DNA of 64,000 nucleotides from Octopus vulgaris (Eukaryota): NCBI GenBank assembly GCA_951406725.2, contig OX597828.1, positions 73,036,001 to 73,100,000 of the forward strand, read 5' to 3'. Shown piece by piece: positions 39,890 to 52,987 of this stretch (position 1 is its first letter; each line of letters starts with the position of its first letter). The notes under the pieces were generated by a model. It saw only the letters and a program-made list of their open reading frames with translations, ran no database searches and was not told where the DNA came from. The position numbers and the translations under genes were made by a program.

Positions 39890-40600
39890 TGGAGCTGCGT
39901 TCGAAAAGTATCTGACAACCTGTCTTTCCTTAACGCTTTCCTTCCTTCGCATACAAGAAAACTTTCACGAAAGAAATTTTCACATCAGCTTTGGGCTCTT
40001 ACGCCTAGAATACAGACGTGTAGTGCGCACTCGTCAGATTTTGCCAAAATTTTGGTGATACTGAAGCTAAAACCGTGCAGAAAAATTAGCAGACTTTTGA
40101 TGATAGTGTTATGGGCAAATCACTTCTAACATGGCTGCTTCTCAGTGAGATCAAGGCATACTCACGGAGGCCTTCTGCAAGCTGATTAAGAAGTTTCGGC
40201 GAATAGTCATGGAAAACCCTGATGTAACAGTTTAGGAAATTGCTCATGAAATGAGTAGAGTCATAGGATCAGTCCATTCCATTTTAAGAAAGGATTTATG
40301 TATGCAGAGAGTATCGCCGAAATTCTTGCCCAAAGTTCTAGCGGAGAAGCTCCGCATAGAAATCAATGTACTAGAAATGCTGGACTGTACAAACCACGAT
40401 CCAGCCTTAATGAAGATCATCACCACTATTGATGAGACATAGGTTTACGGTTTTTGCACGAAGTGATTTGTCATCTTGAGTGAAAACGAAAAACCGACGA
40501 ACACGCACTCCCGTTTGTGTCCCAGGCGCAACAGCCGGGAACTAATGCGGCCAACCGATGCGAAAATATTCACGCGTGTGCAGGAGTGGTGAAACATATT
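39890..40600 (+). pseudogene. Decayed mariner transposase remnant
   Basis: GSVHSILRKDLCMQRVSPKFLPKVL (WVPHEL-equivalent) ... IITTIDET*VYG. Confidence 0.8.
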
Positions 40601-40983
40601 TTACCAGACCCACAATAATAAAAGGCAATGTCGACTCTGATGGTGTTTGAATTTAGAATGTAAGATAAGTTTCCTATATCCTATTATTTACCATAATCCG
40701 TTTTCTTTCTTCTCTCCTGCTTCTTTTAAGATATCACGTTTAAGCTAAAAATATTAAGAACCTATTGTTGATGTTATACTGAGAACACATAGAAATATAA
40801 TAATGAAATGGAAGTATAATTTAAATAGTTAGCTCTGTCTGAAAGGAATTATTCTTGGAGTTAGAAGCGGGGATTTTTATGTTGATGTTGTTGATAATGT
40901 TATTTTGCAGTTGATGGTATCTTCGTATCAAGTTCCATTGTTATCATAAACATAGAGGACTTTATTAAATGAAATATCAATAT

Positions 40984-41398
40984 AGGTGCAGGAGTGGCTG
41001 TGTGGTAAGTACCTTGCTAACCAACCACATGGTTGCGGGTTCAGTCCCACTGCGTGGCATCTTGGGCAAGTGTCTTCTACTATAGCCCCGGACCGACCAA
41101 TGCCTTGTGAGTGGATTTGGTAGACGGAAACTGAAAGAAGCATGTCGTATATATGTATATATATATGTGTGTGTGTGTGTTTGTGTGTCTGTGTTTGTCC
41201 CCCTAGCATTGCTTGACAACCGATGCTGGTGTGTTTACGTCCCCATCACTTAGCGGTTCGGCAAAAGAGACCGATAGAATAAGTACTGGGCTTACAAAGA
41301 ATAAGTCCCGGGGTCGATTTGCTCGACTAAAGGCGGTGCTCCAGCATGGCCACAGTTAAATGACTGAAACAATTAAAAGAGAGAAAAGAGTAAAGAGA
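40984..41398 (+). mobile_element. tRNA-derived SINE, full length
   Basis: Same family as 14239-14640. Confidence 0.88.
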
Positions 41399-41486
41399 CT
41401 AATAGTAGAAACATGTAAACTTGCCTGTATTGGAGCGACCAGAGCTAATTCTTATGAAATTCGTTGAAATAGGATAATTCAGCCCT

Positions 41487-41755
41487 TTATGGGTATTTCG
41501 GAAATCTTAGAAATATTTGATGTTCTTTGTCGACCGAATTATAACTACGCTTAACAATAATACTAGGACGGCCGTTCCTGTGACGTGCCCTCCTTTTTTG
41601 CTCAATCATTTTCGAGCGTACTTTTTCCATCATTAAGTATATCGCACGTATATTGTTTTTGGGGCTTGCGCGTTTAAATCTACTGAAAGCCGGAATGCGG
41701 ATAACTACGTTCCTCCGCGCCCATTTCTTTACATTTGAATCAACCGTATTGCCGT
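41487..41755 (-). CDS. Secreted prepropeptide gene, second coding exon
   Basis: ttcttcttatttttag acceptor; phase 1 matches the 43168 donor; open to TAA; KK, RR, RFKR, KRR and KR sites. Confidence 0.75.
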
Positions 41756-42056
41756 CTAAAAATAAGAAGAAATACCGGAAATCAACAGCTGTCAGTGACA
41801 TTTTACTTTCAATGAGAAACAAAACAACAATATTCAGATTAATGACTTGTAAGTTCGTGTTATTTCGTTATTCAAGCATAATATACAATAAAGTATAGTA
41901 AATGTTTTTATAAGCCAATACCACGTTCTACTGTGTTAGCAGTGCTCTTTACATTATTTCTACAGAAATAACATTGACAACACAAATTTTTTTTTGCTTC
42001 AACGTTTCGTATCGGGACGTTAGATGTAAACAGACAATGAGATTGACGATAAAAGT

Positions 42057-42120
42057 GGGTAATGAGCATATATGCCATATTTCGGGGGATTCTTCCCCTT
42101 CATCAATACCCATCTAACCC
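42057..42120 (-). ncRNA. Type I hammerhead motif (C3->U) in the intron of the peptide gene, same strand
   Basis: RC gggt-tag-atgggta-tTGATGA-a-gggga(agaa)tcccc-c-GAAA-tat(ggc)ata-TA-tgctcat-t-accc. Confidence 0.65.
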
Positions 42121-42915
42121 ACTCTTACCTCCGAACACATTGCTTATACAGCTACCGCATGCAGCCATGTTAAGTTATTGGATATACCGATTTACATTAA
42201 ACGCATTCCTGGAGCAGGTATGTAGACATTAATGACTTGTCGGCCCGTGGTATTTCGTTATGCAACCATAACATGCTATAAAGTATATCCAGAGTCAACA
42301 ATATACATCGAGGTAGTGCTGCTGGACCGAGAAATGTAGGAAGTGGATTCTGTTGCTGCGACCCTGTTTGGAACCCGACCAATAGTAAAACGGTAGAGAG
42401 ACGTTCTTGGTGGAGCCGCTATTTATCGGCATTGAGAGGTCTCAGCTCTACTACAACGGAGATGTGATTAAGATTTCGAAGAAAATAATCGCAGGAAAGA
42501 TTCCTCAAGCCGCGCTAACCGGCAGAAGACTTAGGGGTAGACCAAGAATGAGATGGTTGGATGATATCCATAGCCTCATGTAGGAATCCAGTCGCGATTT
42601 GTAATGGCGGTTGCTATGTATGTATGTATGTATAAACATGCATATATGAATATGTATATCATGCGTAAGTGTATGCAACAGTGTGTATGTCTGTATGAAG
42701 AATACCAATACACACACATAGACATGAAAATATCGAACACGGAAGAAAAAGTGTTCAATATCAGAAGTGTAGGTAACATTTTATTATATAATTTATGTGG
42801 AAATTCTAGAACCTGCGGTTTCATGCTGACAAAAGTCTACAATTTACTACAAGAATTATCATTAAGACTAAATTGTAAGAGAATAAGACGAAATTTGATG
42901 TTGTCGTTGTCAATA

Positions 42916-42947
<32 letters not shown>

Positions 42948-43167
42948 TACGAAGATGATCAAAAAGGAAAATTATCATTTAACCTCTCTTTTCTGTCACT
43001 CACTTTTTAATATATCCGTCAATAGCATTCGACATCCATTCTATCTCGAGCCATCCTAAAGATACACGTCGCTAACCAATCATATTTGAAAGCATCACGG
43101 AAGAGTAAACCCATCAGTGAAGATGGTTAATAAAAGTTAGGAATAAAATTGGAGAAAATAACTTTAC

Positions 43168-43249
43168 CATCTTGCTCTTCACTGTTGATCGTTCCCCAAA
43201 CTAAGGCAGGCAGGAATACCATGAGGTACAGCGGCAAGAAAATCTTCAT
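43168..43249 (-). CDS. Secreted prepropeptide gene, signal-peptide exon (exon spans 43168-43274)
   Basis: ttttgtattttatag acceptor, aaaATG, MKIFLPLYLMVFLPALVWG-TINSEEQD, G/GTAAAG donor. Confidence 0.78.
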
Positions 43250-43355
43250 TTTCGATATATTTAGCAGCTTCAAACTATAAAATACAAAAAAAAAGAATAA
43301 GAAACAATATGTGTGTGCGCACCTATGTATATGTATATACTAACATACACATATG

Positions 43356-43392
<37 letters not shown>

Positions 43393-45146
43393 ACACTTAT
43401 ACACTCATGTTTACAAACACCCACATATGCATACACACGCGTGCGAGGAGAGTCTAGTGGACTTTAGTGCAAATGGGGGTTGTAAAAGACATTATCTGGT
43501 TCAAAATTCTGAGAAAACTGAAGGAGAATACGAAAAATAGGTTTGAAAATCTCAATATCCGTCTCCCGACTCTGCTAGACAGAGAATTCAAAATATTGAC
43601 CAGTGATAGTGAAAAATATAGCACCTGTCGAGAGTTGAGTTAGAATGCGTACACCTGTGAAATCTTTATCATAGATACTCAAAACTTTCGTCTTGTTCGA
43701 TACTGTACAGCTAAGTGGTAAACTTAGATTTGGTGGGCACCTAATCAACTTGGAACCGGCGAAAGACTGGTGGCGCTCTATAAACTGCTATTTGTTGGAG
43801 TAGTAACGATGTTGTTGAATGAAATACAGTCGTCGAGTAGAATAATGTGACTGATTTGTTCTAGAGAATGTTCACGTTAGGTGAGGGAGGGTATTGCCTG
43901 TTTCAGAGAAGAACGCTACAAGCATGTAATGGCCATGAGGTGGAACTGGCTGAGATGTTCGCAGATGGACGAAACCACTTTGCATTTTAATGTCAAAAAA
44001 TTACTGATTTGCATAGATTCGTCGAACAGCTGACAACGCAAATATGACGGATCTAGTAACCAGTGAAGTCCATCTTGGAGATCATACCTCTGCTTTTCTT
44101 TCGTCAAAAGAATGGTACTTTCGTATGGTACTTCTGTGCGGTGGCTTTGGCGAAAGAAGTTGTGTGATGGACAAGAGTTTAAGAACCAAGATTTCGTCAA
44201 CGTTTACAAATTTGGTCTGGAAAGGAAAGAAGGTTTGGAAAGGTAGGCGCAGCCCTCCTCAACTACATCCTTTGAAAGCTGAACCAAAATATTTGTAAAG
44301 TAGTCCAAAGCTGAGTATGTAAATGTAGGCTGGAAATCGGCAGATCAAAGAAAAAAAGACACTTGTACTCGATGGTCCGGGTGGTACAGGTTTTGTGGGG
44401 ATTTTCTTGATTGACCCTAAGCTGCCAGCAGGATCGTAGAAAACTGGACATAACGTTTAGTGTCATTTCGGACACGTTTACGCTTGAGTTCAAATTCCGC
44501 CGAAGTCGACTTTAATTTACATTATTTGAGTGTTGATAAATTAATTACCAGTTGCGCATTGGGGGCCATGTAATGAACTGACCCCTTTTCCCAGCATGTT
44601 TTCAGGCGTTCTGACTATACTAGAAATAACTATTATTACCATTTATCGAATTTGTCGTAGTTATCTTTTACAAGAAATCTTTATATATCAAAGTGAAGTT
44701 GTGTGTCTGTCCCCTATGAATTAGATTCCTAACTACTCCCACATTTTGCGGTGCAGTTTAACCAGAAGCGGGTATCTTATAGTCGTGATTCATATCGAGC
44801 CCTTCTGGGTATTAGCGCGCATCTACGATGAGTCTACGATTTAAGAAAAAAATTTACCATCATTTTCCCCCATTTGTAATGCTTTTTTTGCTATTATATA
44901 AGGGAAGTAACTCTCTAAAAATGCTTATATAGTTATTTCCCTTACAAACCCGAGCAACGCCGGGCGATACTGCTAGTAGGAAATAAAGAAGAAATAGTTT
45001 GAAGAACGTCGTGTCAAATAAATTTAATAGAACGAACGATATTTTCTGAAGAATAGTTTCATTTCTGTTCGTTTTACCGATTTTCCTTTTACTATTTACC
45101 GAGGGAAACATTTAACTTTTTACATGCACATATAGAATATTCTCAC

Positions 45147-45300
45147 CTTCCTGTGGTGCGACAGTTTCAAAGAAAAAATATGTATTACTCAGAGAAACGT
45201 ACTGATAGTGACGCATCCAGGTTTATAGTTCGCGGTTTTAAAATTATTTGCTGCTGACTATGTGAATGCGCCTGCGCATTTGATTTGAATACATTGGTTT
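45147..45300 (-). promoter_or_regulatory. Putative promoter and non-coding first exon of the peptide gene
   Basis: CCAAT (45293-97), NRF1-like TGCGCAGGCGCA (45267-78), TATAAA (45222-27), TCAGT Inr (45201-05), strong donor AAG/GTGAGA at 45147. Confidence 0.55.
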
Positions 45301-45367
45301 ACAAGGATGCAGCCCGCACGTGTTGTTTCGGTCCGTGTTAAGCTACATAATTATGGATTGTTTTAAC

Positions 45368-45439
45368 GATCCTACTGATGAACTACTTATGACAAATTAA
45401 TCTATTTACTCACTAAAAGGGAAACTCGAGTATAGGATT
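45368..45439 (+). ncRNA. Type I hammerhead ribozyme
   Basis: atccta-CTGATGA-[imperfect stem II]-GAAA-ctcgag-TA-taggat. Confidence 0.75.
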
Positions 45440-45712
45440 AATTAAAAATAATAAATCCTTTCATTTTTATGCTTTATCGGCATGGTTTTAGAATTATTTT
45501 CCCGTGCTTTGGGTTTAACAGACCTTTGTTCATCTATCTTTATGCACTCTTATATATATTGAGAATAACAAGGTAGTCAGAATGTTGGACATTTATATAT
45601 ATATATATATTTGACTACCTTGTTATTCTCAATATACAATTTCTGTTTATCACGTCAAAAGATCTCTCTCCATATATGTGTATGTGTTTATGTGTGTATA
45701 CATATATATGTA

Positions 45713-45772
<60 letters not shown>

Positions 45773-45934
45773 GTGTGTATAAATATTCATATAGTTATTC
45801 ATTTAATATATAAATTGCCTATAAATTTTTACTCCATGCTGACTACCTGATAAAAATCACCGTCGTGATATTTATCCTTATTTTATGAATATATGTACGT
45901 ACATACATACATAGATACATAAATGCATGCATAT

Positions 45935-45996
<62 letters not shown>

Positions 45997-46095
45997 AACT
46001 TAATCCAAACAAGAAAACACAAAAAACACAACAACGCGAGGACGTGGAACAAATATAGTATTATTGGACGCTCAGGAAAGAAGGAAAGAAGGAGG

Positions 46096-46130
46096 GTATA
46101 ACGTTTCGAGCGGAGCGCTTCGTCGGAAAC
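46096..46130 (-). ncRNA. Mutated copy of the 3586 minimal hammerhead
   Basis: RC gttt-CcGACGA-a-gcgc(tcc)gctc-GAAA-cg-TT-atac. Confidence 0.5.
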
Positions 46131-46264
46131 ATAGGAGAAGGAAAGATCCAGAGAAGGGAAGACATATATATATGTATGTATATGTATATATGTATGCATG
46201 TATATATAGAAACAGATGTATATACATATATATATAGAAGTACATATATATTTATATATATACA

Positions 46265-46312
<48 letters not shown>

Positions 46313-46496
46313 TACATTAGTATAAATATATATAAATATAATCTATACACACACACACATATATTTATAGATGTGTGTGTATATGTTTATGAATTTATAA
46401 AACAGCATAAAATGATTGACGTACGTATGTGTGGTTCTTTACAACTGTTCTCAGGATTAAATAACAATGTCTTTATATAGTAAGTAGTAGTAGTAC

Positions 46497-46534
<38 letters not shown>

Positions 46535-46673
46535 ATAGCAGCAGCAGTAGTAGTAGTGGTAGCAGCCGCAGCAGCAGCAACAGCAACAGCTGTTGCCACG
46601 CTTGTGTTGATGGTAGAGGTTACGAGGTGGTGAAGATAGGTTCGTGGGGGTAGTAGTAGTGGTAGTAGTAGTG

Positions 46674-46706
<33 letters not shown>

Positions 46707-48695
46707 TGGATCTTTTATTTTTTTTACTTATTTCATTCATTTAGACTGGGCCCATGCTGGGGCACCACCTTGAATAATTTTAGCCGAAGAAATCGATTTT
46801 GGGGATTCTGGCACTTACTACATCGGTAACGTTAACTGAACTGCTGAGGTCCCAAACGTAGCTATCCAACTTTGTGTGTTTACTTTAAGCACTATGATAG
46901 AAGGTTGATAAATGGTTTGCTTAGCTGTTTTTGAAAACTCCTTCGCATAACCCGATGTAAGTCTTATCCGTTAGATTATTGTCGTTAGGGGTTCTAATAA
47001 CTTCATCTCCGTATAGAATAGATTCTGCTATGCATCGTTTAATCAAGTAAGAAGGTTTATGGGTCACGAAAGGTATATTCGGATTCACTCTTCTATCGTT
47101 GGCGGCGTGTGATGATACATATTCATACGTAATATTAAATGGAGGGTGATTGAAAAGTCTACACCGTACGTAAATGGTTCAAATAAACATAGGCTTTGTT
47201 TGGCCGAAAGGGCGCACATTTTGGTTAGGTCTAAGACTCTGCAACGTGATTTTGAACTGAAGATCAGAAATTTTCAGCGGATGCAAGCAAATGCATAAAT
47301 ATCTCTTTAAAAACTGGAAGATGCCACGCATTCCTGATTTACTGGACATCAATTTATTTTATCTTTTGCCGCCTTTTATCTTTATATTTGTTCTCCTTTT
47401 ATCGTGTCACTTTATATTTATATTCAGGTGAATTATTTATATTTCATAGTCATATAGTTTTATGTAATTTTAGATTTATTATGACGTTTTTCAAATTTTC
47501 TCAGATAAAAGGCGGTGCTCCAGCATGGCCACAGTCAAATGACTGAAACAAGTAAAAGAGTAAAAGAGTAAATATATCTATATACATAAATGTGTAATGG
47601 TGTCTGTATGAGTGGTTGGGGTTAATCTAACTCCTCCCACACCGTCCAACCGATTTTAATGATTTTTGGCACATAGGTAGATCACATGCCCTGAAGTTTA
47701 AATAAGGACGGAATTTTCGAAACCTTGATAATGCTCAGTTGGCATCGTTTTTTGTGAGGTCAATCGGGCGTTTGAATGCAAATTCCCATAAAGATGTTAT
47801 TTTTTCTGCAGCTTTCGCATTTTTGTCAGATTTTGATCGTAAATGGTCACAGAGAATCTATTGAATGACATAACCGTAACACTTTTCTTCGGATTTTGCT
47901 GAGATTGGATACGCTGACCAATTTTGTACAGAGGGTGGTATTAAGGGGAGAGAAATAAAGAAACTTCACTCTCAATGGGTCGAGGTACACCCAAAAGTTT
48001 GTCTGCTACTTCAGACGGTCCCGTATATAAGAGTATGTCGAAAGCGTTAACCGGGTAAAATCCTTCCCGAACCAGATATAACATCTTAATGGGTTATAGT
48101 TGGCACGGGGAATGTAGATTTCAATACAAGGTCAGAGGTGTGCTTAACTTCAACACAGAAAACACTAGCCATGCCGAGTCCAACAGTTAGTTTTTTCATA
48201 ATTTTGTAAATACCCTTTTTCATATTTTTCATGTATTTATAGCTTTCTGTATATTTCATATTTGTACATACCTCGTCTTTTAATTTTTGCCTATCATTTC
48301 TTATATTCTCATATTTCTTACTTTAGTTTTATTACTTTTTATTATATTTATATTATATTGCACAATTATATTCTTATATTCCATCCATCCACATTACTCC
48401 AGATCATTCGATTTGTTCTACTTTTAAGGTTTCCGTTTATTTTTCGCAATTCGCATTAATGGTATCTTCCGCACGAGCCGTTCGCTTATTGAGTTCTTTT
48501 CGCGCCGTTTTATGTTCGGTCTGTTATTTAAACTGCTTAGTTTGGTAGAATAGTCAACACTTGAAGAACGTACGTGGATCCCTGTACATGAAACTATAGC
48601 GTGGTTTATACATTGGAGGTGATCATAAAAAACAATATTTTACTCTCGCTAGATGGAGTACTCTTTTTATTGAACTTGGTTGCACAGATTAGTTC

Positions 48696-48744
<49 letters not shown>

Positions 48745-48754
48745 GTATGTATAT

Positions 48755-49026
48755 ATAAGTTCAGTAGAAATTTAGATTCAGATGAATATGGTACTTAAGT
48801 TGAAGGCACCAGAATTTAGTGTGGTACTATCCATACAGTTTCAAATAAGGTGATTATAATCAAAATAAGCAACAAGGATATCCATAGGTAATGCTGTACG
48901 ATCGTTTCATGCGACTCCATTTAATTGAATTAATTGAATTAAATTGAATTAAATTCAAATAAATTAAATGGATCGCATGAAACGATCGTACTGCATTACC
49001 TCTGGATATCCTTGTTGCTTATTTTG

Positions 49027-49030
<4 letters not shown>
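48755..49030. mobile_element. (TA)n-flanked fold-back fragment carrying only the 3' half of a hammerhead
   Basis: Inverted arms ~48860-48920 / 48965-49030; GAAA-cgatcg-TA; ends resemble 23056-23726. Confidence 0.75.
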
Positions 49031-49079
<49 letters not shown>

Positions 49080-49084
49080 ATATA

Positions 49085-50703
49085 CAGTTGCGGCCAAAAT
49101 GTTCAGAACGGAATTGTTTTCGTCAGAAAAGTAAGTATAAGTTTTTATCAAGGTAGTTTTATATTCTATAATTTTCAGCGAGAATAAATACAATATTAAT
49201 TGTTATTGTCTGAGATTTTGGTGTAATTTGAGAGGATAATACAAAAGTTATGGATGATTTAGTCATTTACTGCAAAACCCATGGCGGCCAAAATGATCAG
49301 AACGGTTGAAAAAATAACAAAATAATTAAAAATGACAGAGAATACTGGAATTATTTAATATTTAGTGTGAAACCCTTTAGCTTCAATCACACTCTGACAT
49401 CTTTGACTGCATGAGGAAATTAAATTTTCAATTTCTTGCTGGGTGATCTTATTCCATTCTTCCTGAAGGGCATTCCATAATTGCTCAGTTGTTTTAGGAT
49501 TTCTGGCTTTCGAACGTTCTCCTAGAATATTCCATACATTTTCAATAGGACTGAGATCTGGGCTTTGAGCAGACCAATCCATAACAATAACCTTTTCAGC
49601 CTTGAGGAAGTTCATGACCACCTTAGCCTGTTGACATGGGGCATTGTCCTGCATGAATATGGGTGGTCGCTTAGTTGAATTTCTCAGCACAGGCAAGACA
49701 TGATCTTTTACAAGTTGTTTATAAACTCCTGCATTTACCTTTCCATGTAATCGCACCAAAGGGTCCACACCATCTCCAGATATCATCCCCCAAACCATGA
49801 CACTTCCTCCACCGAATTTAAAACTAGTCTTAAGGCATTTAAGCGACAATTTTTCACCTACTTTTCCCTACTTTTCCCATCTGAGCCAAATAACATAAAC
49901 TTAGATTCATCACTGAAATGCACCGTTTGCCATTTTTCTTGAGACCACAACACATGTTTGGTTGCAAAGGTAAGACGACACTTTTTATTTTTGGAGCTGA
50001 TCAGTGGCTTCACTGCAGGTGCTCTTGCTTGTAGGTCATGTTCAACTAAACGACGAGACACAGTTTTTCGAGATAAAGTTTTCTTCAATACAATGCTCAT
50101 TTTCCGAGAAACAGCAGCAGCAGTTTTAAATCTGTCCTTTTAAACCAACTTTACCATAGCACGATCTTCTCTCTTGGTCGTTTTTCTTGGCCTACCTGTA
50201 AACTTTCTTGCTTCACACGAACCACAATTCTCATTGACCTTAAGAATACCGTGTACAACACTTTTTGACTTGTTAACAATCTTTGCATTAGATCCAATAC
50301 TTAAATTATCCTTTCTTCGAAGCTTAATAATCTGCTGACGAATTGGTAACGGAGTAAGTGGCATTATATTAACAAAGTACACTGCAGATATTCTTACTAA
50401 TGTTTAGTAAGCGAACCGTCACGTAAACAAATTCAAAACATTAGAGTTCGCCGGTTAATTATACTAAAACACGGAGTTAAAGCAACCGTTCTGATCATTT
50501 TGTCCGCCATGGGTTTTGCAGTAAATGACTAAATCATCCATAACTTTTGTATTATCCTCTCAAATTACACCAAAATCTCAGGCAATAACAAATATTATCG
50601 TATTTATTGTCTGTGAAAATTATAGAATATAAAACAACTTTAATAAAAAATTATATCTACTTTTCTGACGCAAACAATTCCGTTCTGAACATTTTGGCCG
50701 CCA

Positions 50704-50706
<3 letters not shown>
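49085..50706 (-). mobile_element. Tc1-family DNA transposon (DD34E, IR/DR type), ~1.62 kb, disrupted transposase
   Basis: ~220-bp TIRs starting CAGT, TA flanks, repeated ggccaaaatg(t/a)tcagaacgg sites; GRPRKT, FSDESKF, MVWG, QDNAPC, SPDLSPIENVW (34 aa between D and E); ORF split into 3 pieces. Confidence 0.95.
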
Positions 50707-50760
<54 letters not shown>

Positions 50761-52171
50761 TATATGTATATACATATGAACTTTTGCATACACAAATGTT
50801 ACAATGGAATCTTGGAAATATACTCCAGTAAATTCCCACCCTTCGGACTATAGCAGTCACAGTTATATTTGAGGGAGCTAAAAAGTGTGGGTGTAACGAC
50901 TGTTTCATTTACCGGCATTCATTAAGTTAACTAAAATATAATACGACAAATAGACGGTGATTGACCCTAACTACGTGTTATTTTTTATTACAGCTCTTTC
51001 CTCGGTCTACAGCACAGTTGGTGATGCAGAAAATTGCTAATGAAGAAAGTGTTAATTATGTAATTAAATTAACAACCGCAGGATGTTACGTGTTTTGAAT
51101 TGATTTATTATGTAATTAAGATTATATGTCAGTATGTGTGTGTGTGTGTATGTGTGTGTTTGTGTCTGTGTTCTGAAGTCATGAAAATAACATTAACATT
51201 GGTTCAATATATCCTGGTGTTAACAAAATTTTTTTACCACTTTACTATTCTGACAGTTGTGTTGTATCAAAGGTCAACTAAGATAATGATAAAGAAGCAT
51301 CCAGTGTGATGGACAGCAAAGTGGTTTGTATTCTCAGTTGAACGCATTTCATTTTGATATTTTTCTATTGTCAACAGAAAGGGCTTTCCTTTCTTGGGTG
51401 GACACGAACGTACGTACGTGCATACATATGTATGCGTGCATGTATGTATGTGTTGATGTAAGTATGCATTCATGTATCGGCAGAATTCCCCATTGGGTGT
51501 TTCCAGTTGTTCGTTCATCTGATCGGGAACAAAATTCCCGAGCAGATGTACCTAGTTGTTCGATAACCTGATTTGGGGCCAAATTTTCTATCAGGTGTTT
51601 CCAGTTGTTCGACCGTCTGAACGATGAAATACATTGGCTGTGTATTCCACAGTTACGTCTAACTTTAAAGTAAATCTCCTGTGCAACCAGCTTGATTCAG
51701 TCAGTGACAAGGATGGGCATTTCTTCTCATAGAAAAGCAATCCAAAGGGTTTCCACAAAGATTCCGCCAACTCATTTCCATGAACATCTTGGACGGTTGT
51801 CTTTATTTCGACTCTCACCAGGGTTTAGAGAAAAAGACGTCGACTAAGAACCCACACTGGGCGAAGAAACCCTATACCTTGTAATTTAGAAGCAAACTTC
51901 TTAATTACTCGGCAATACAATATTTACAAGCGTCCACAACCATAATTACATTTATATTTGTCGCTGTGAGTTTATGTTTATAAATATCATATATACATTG
52001 CGTCTACAAAATATATACACACTCTAAGCGCTTGTAATTCATTTAATTTTCATTTCTTTTTAGACTCAACCAATTAGAAATATTGAAAGGAGCCAAACCA
52101 AGATTTAATAAAATGGTGTAGTGCGAAACAATTGTACCAAATTACCGGAGTAATTCTTGTTGCTTATTTTG

Positions 52172-52222
<51 letters not shown>

Positions 52223-52248
52223 AAAATCCCTAAGGCGTTTTTCCGATG

Positions 52249-52318
52249 GCCGGATAACTGAAGAGATGGTGGTGTGGATTTCCACCTCGGCATCCGAAAC
52301 TCAGAGTTTTATCTTGGC
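52249..52318 (+). ncRNA. Type I hammerhead in a ~130-bp island between (TA)n tracts
   Basis: gcc-ggataa-CTGAAGA-gatg...catc-c-GAAA-ctc(a)gag-TT-ttatct-t-ggc. Confidence 0.75.
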
Positions 52319-52348
52319 TACCAAATAATTGTCACATAATACATTTAC

Positions 52349-52435
<87 letters not shown>

Positions 52436-52437
<2 letters not shown>

Positions 52438-52677
52438 CTCTTTTACTCTTTTACTTGTTTCAGTCATGTGACTGTGACCATGCTGGAGCACCGCCTGTAG
52501 TCGAGCAAATCGACCCCAGGACTTATTCTTTGTAAACCTAGTACTTATTCTATCGGTCTCTTTTTCCGAACAGCTAAGTTACGGGGACGTAAACACACCA
52601 GCATAGGTTGTCCAGCGATGTTGATGGGGGGGGGACAAACACAGACACACAAACATATACACACATACACTTATATA

Positions 52678-52742
<65 letters not shown>

Positions 52743-52902
52743 GACGGGCTTCCTTCAGTTTCCGTCTACCAAATCCACTCACAAGGCTTTGGTCAGCCCG
52801 AGGCTATAGTAGAAGATACTTGCTTAAGGTGCCACGCAGTGAGACTGAAACCGGAACCATGTGGTTCGTAAGCAAGCTACTTACCACACAGCCACTCCTA
52901 CG

Positions 52903-52906
<4 letters not shown>
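52436..52906 (-). mobile_element. tRNA-derived SINE, full length
   Basis: Reverse complement of the 14239/40984 family. Confidence 0.88.

Positions 52907-52987
<81 letters not shown>

Noticed and set aside
42197-42363. Alternative phase-1 exon for the peptide gene
   Set aside because: Weak acceptor and no precursor-like features; 41755 has a much better acceptor
51490-51625. Three spaced agttgttcg repeats resembling a CRISPR array
   Set aside because: Eukaryotic context, degenerate repeats and no cas genes
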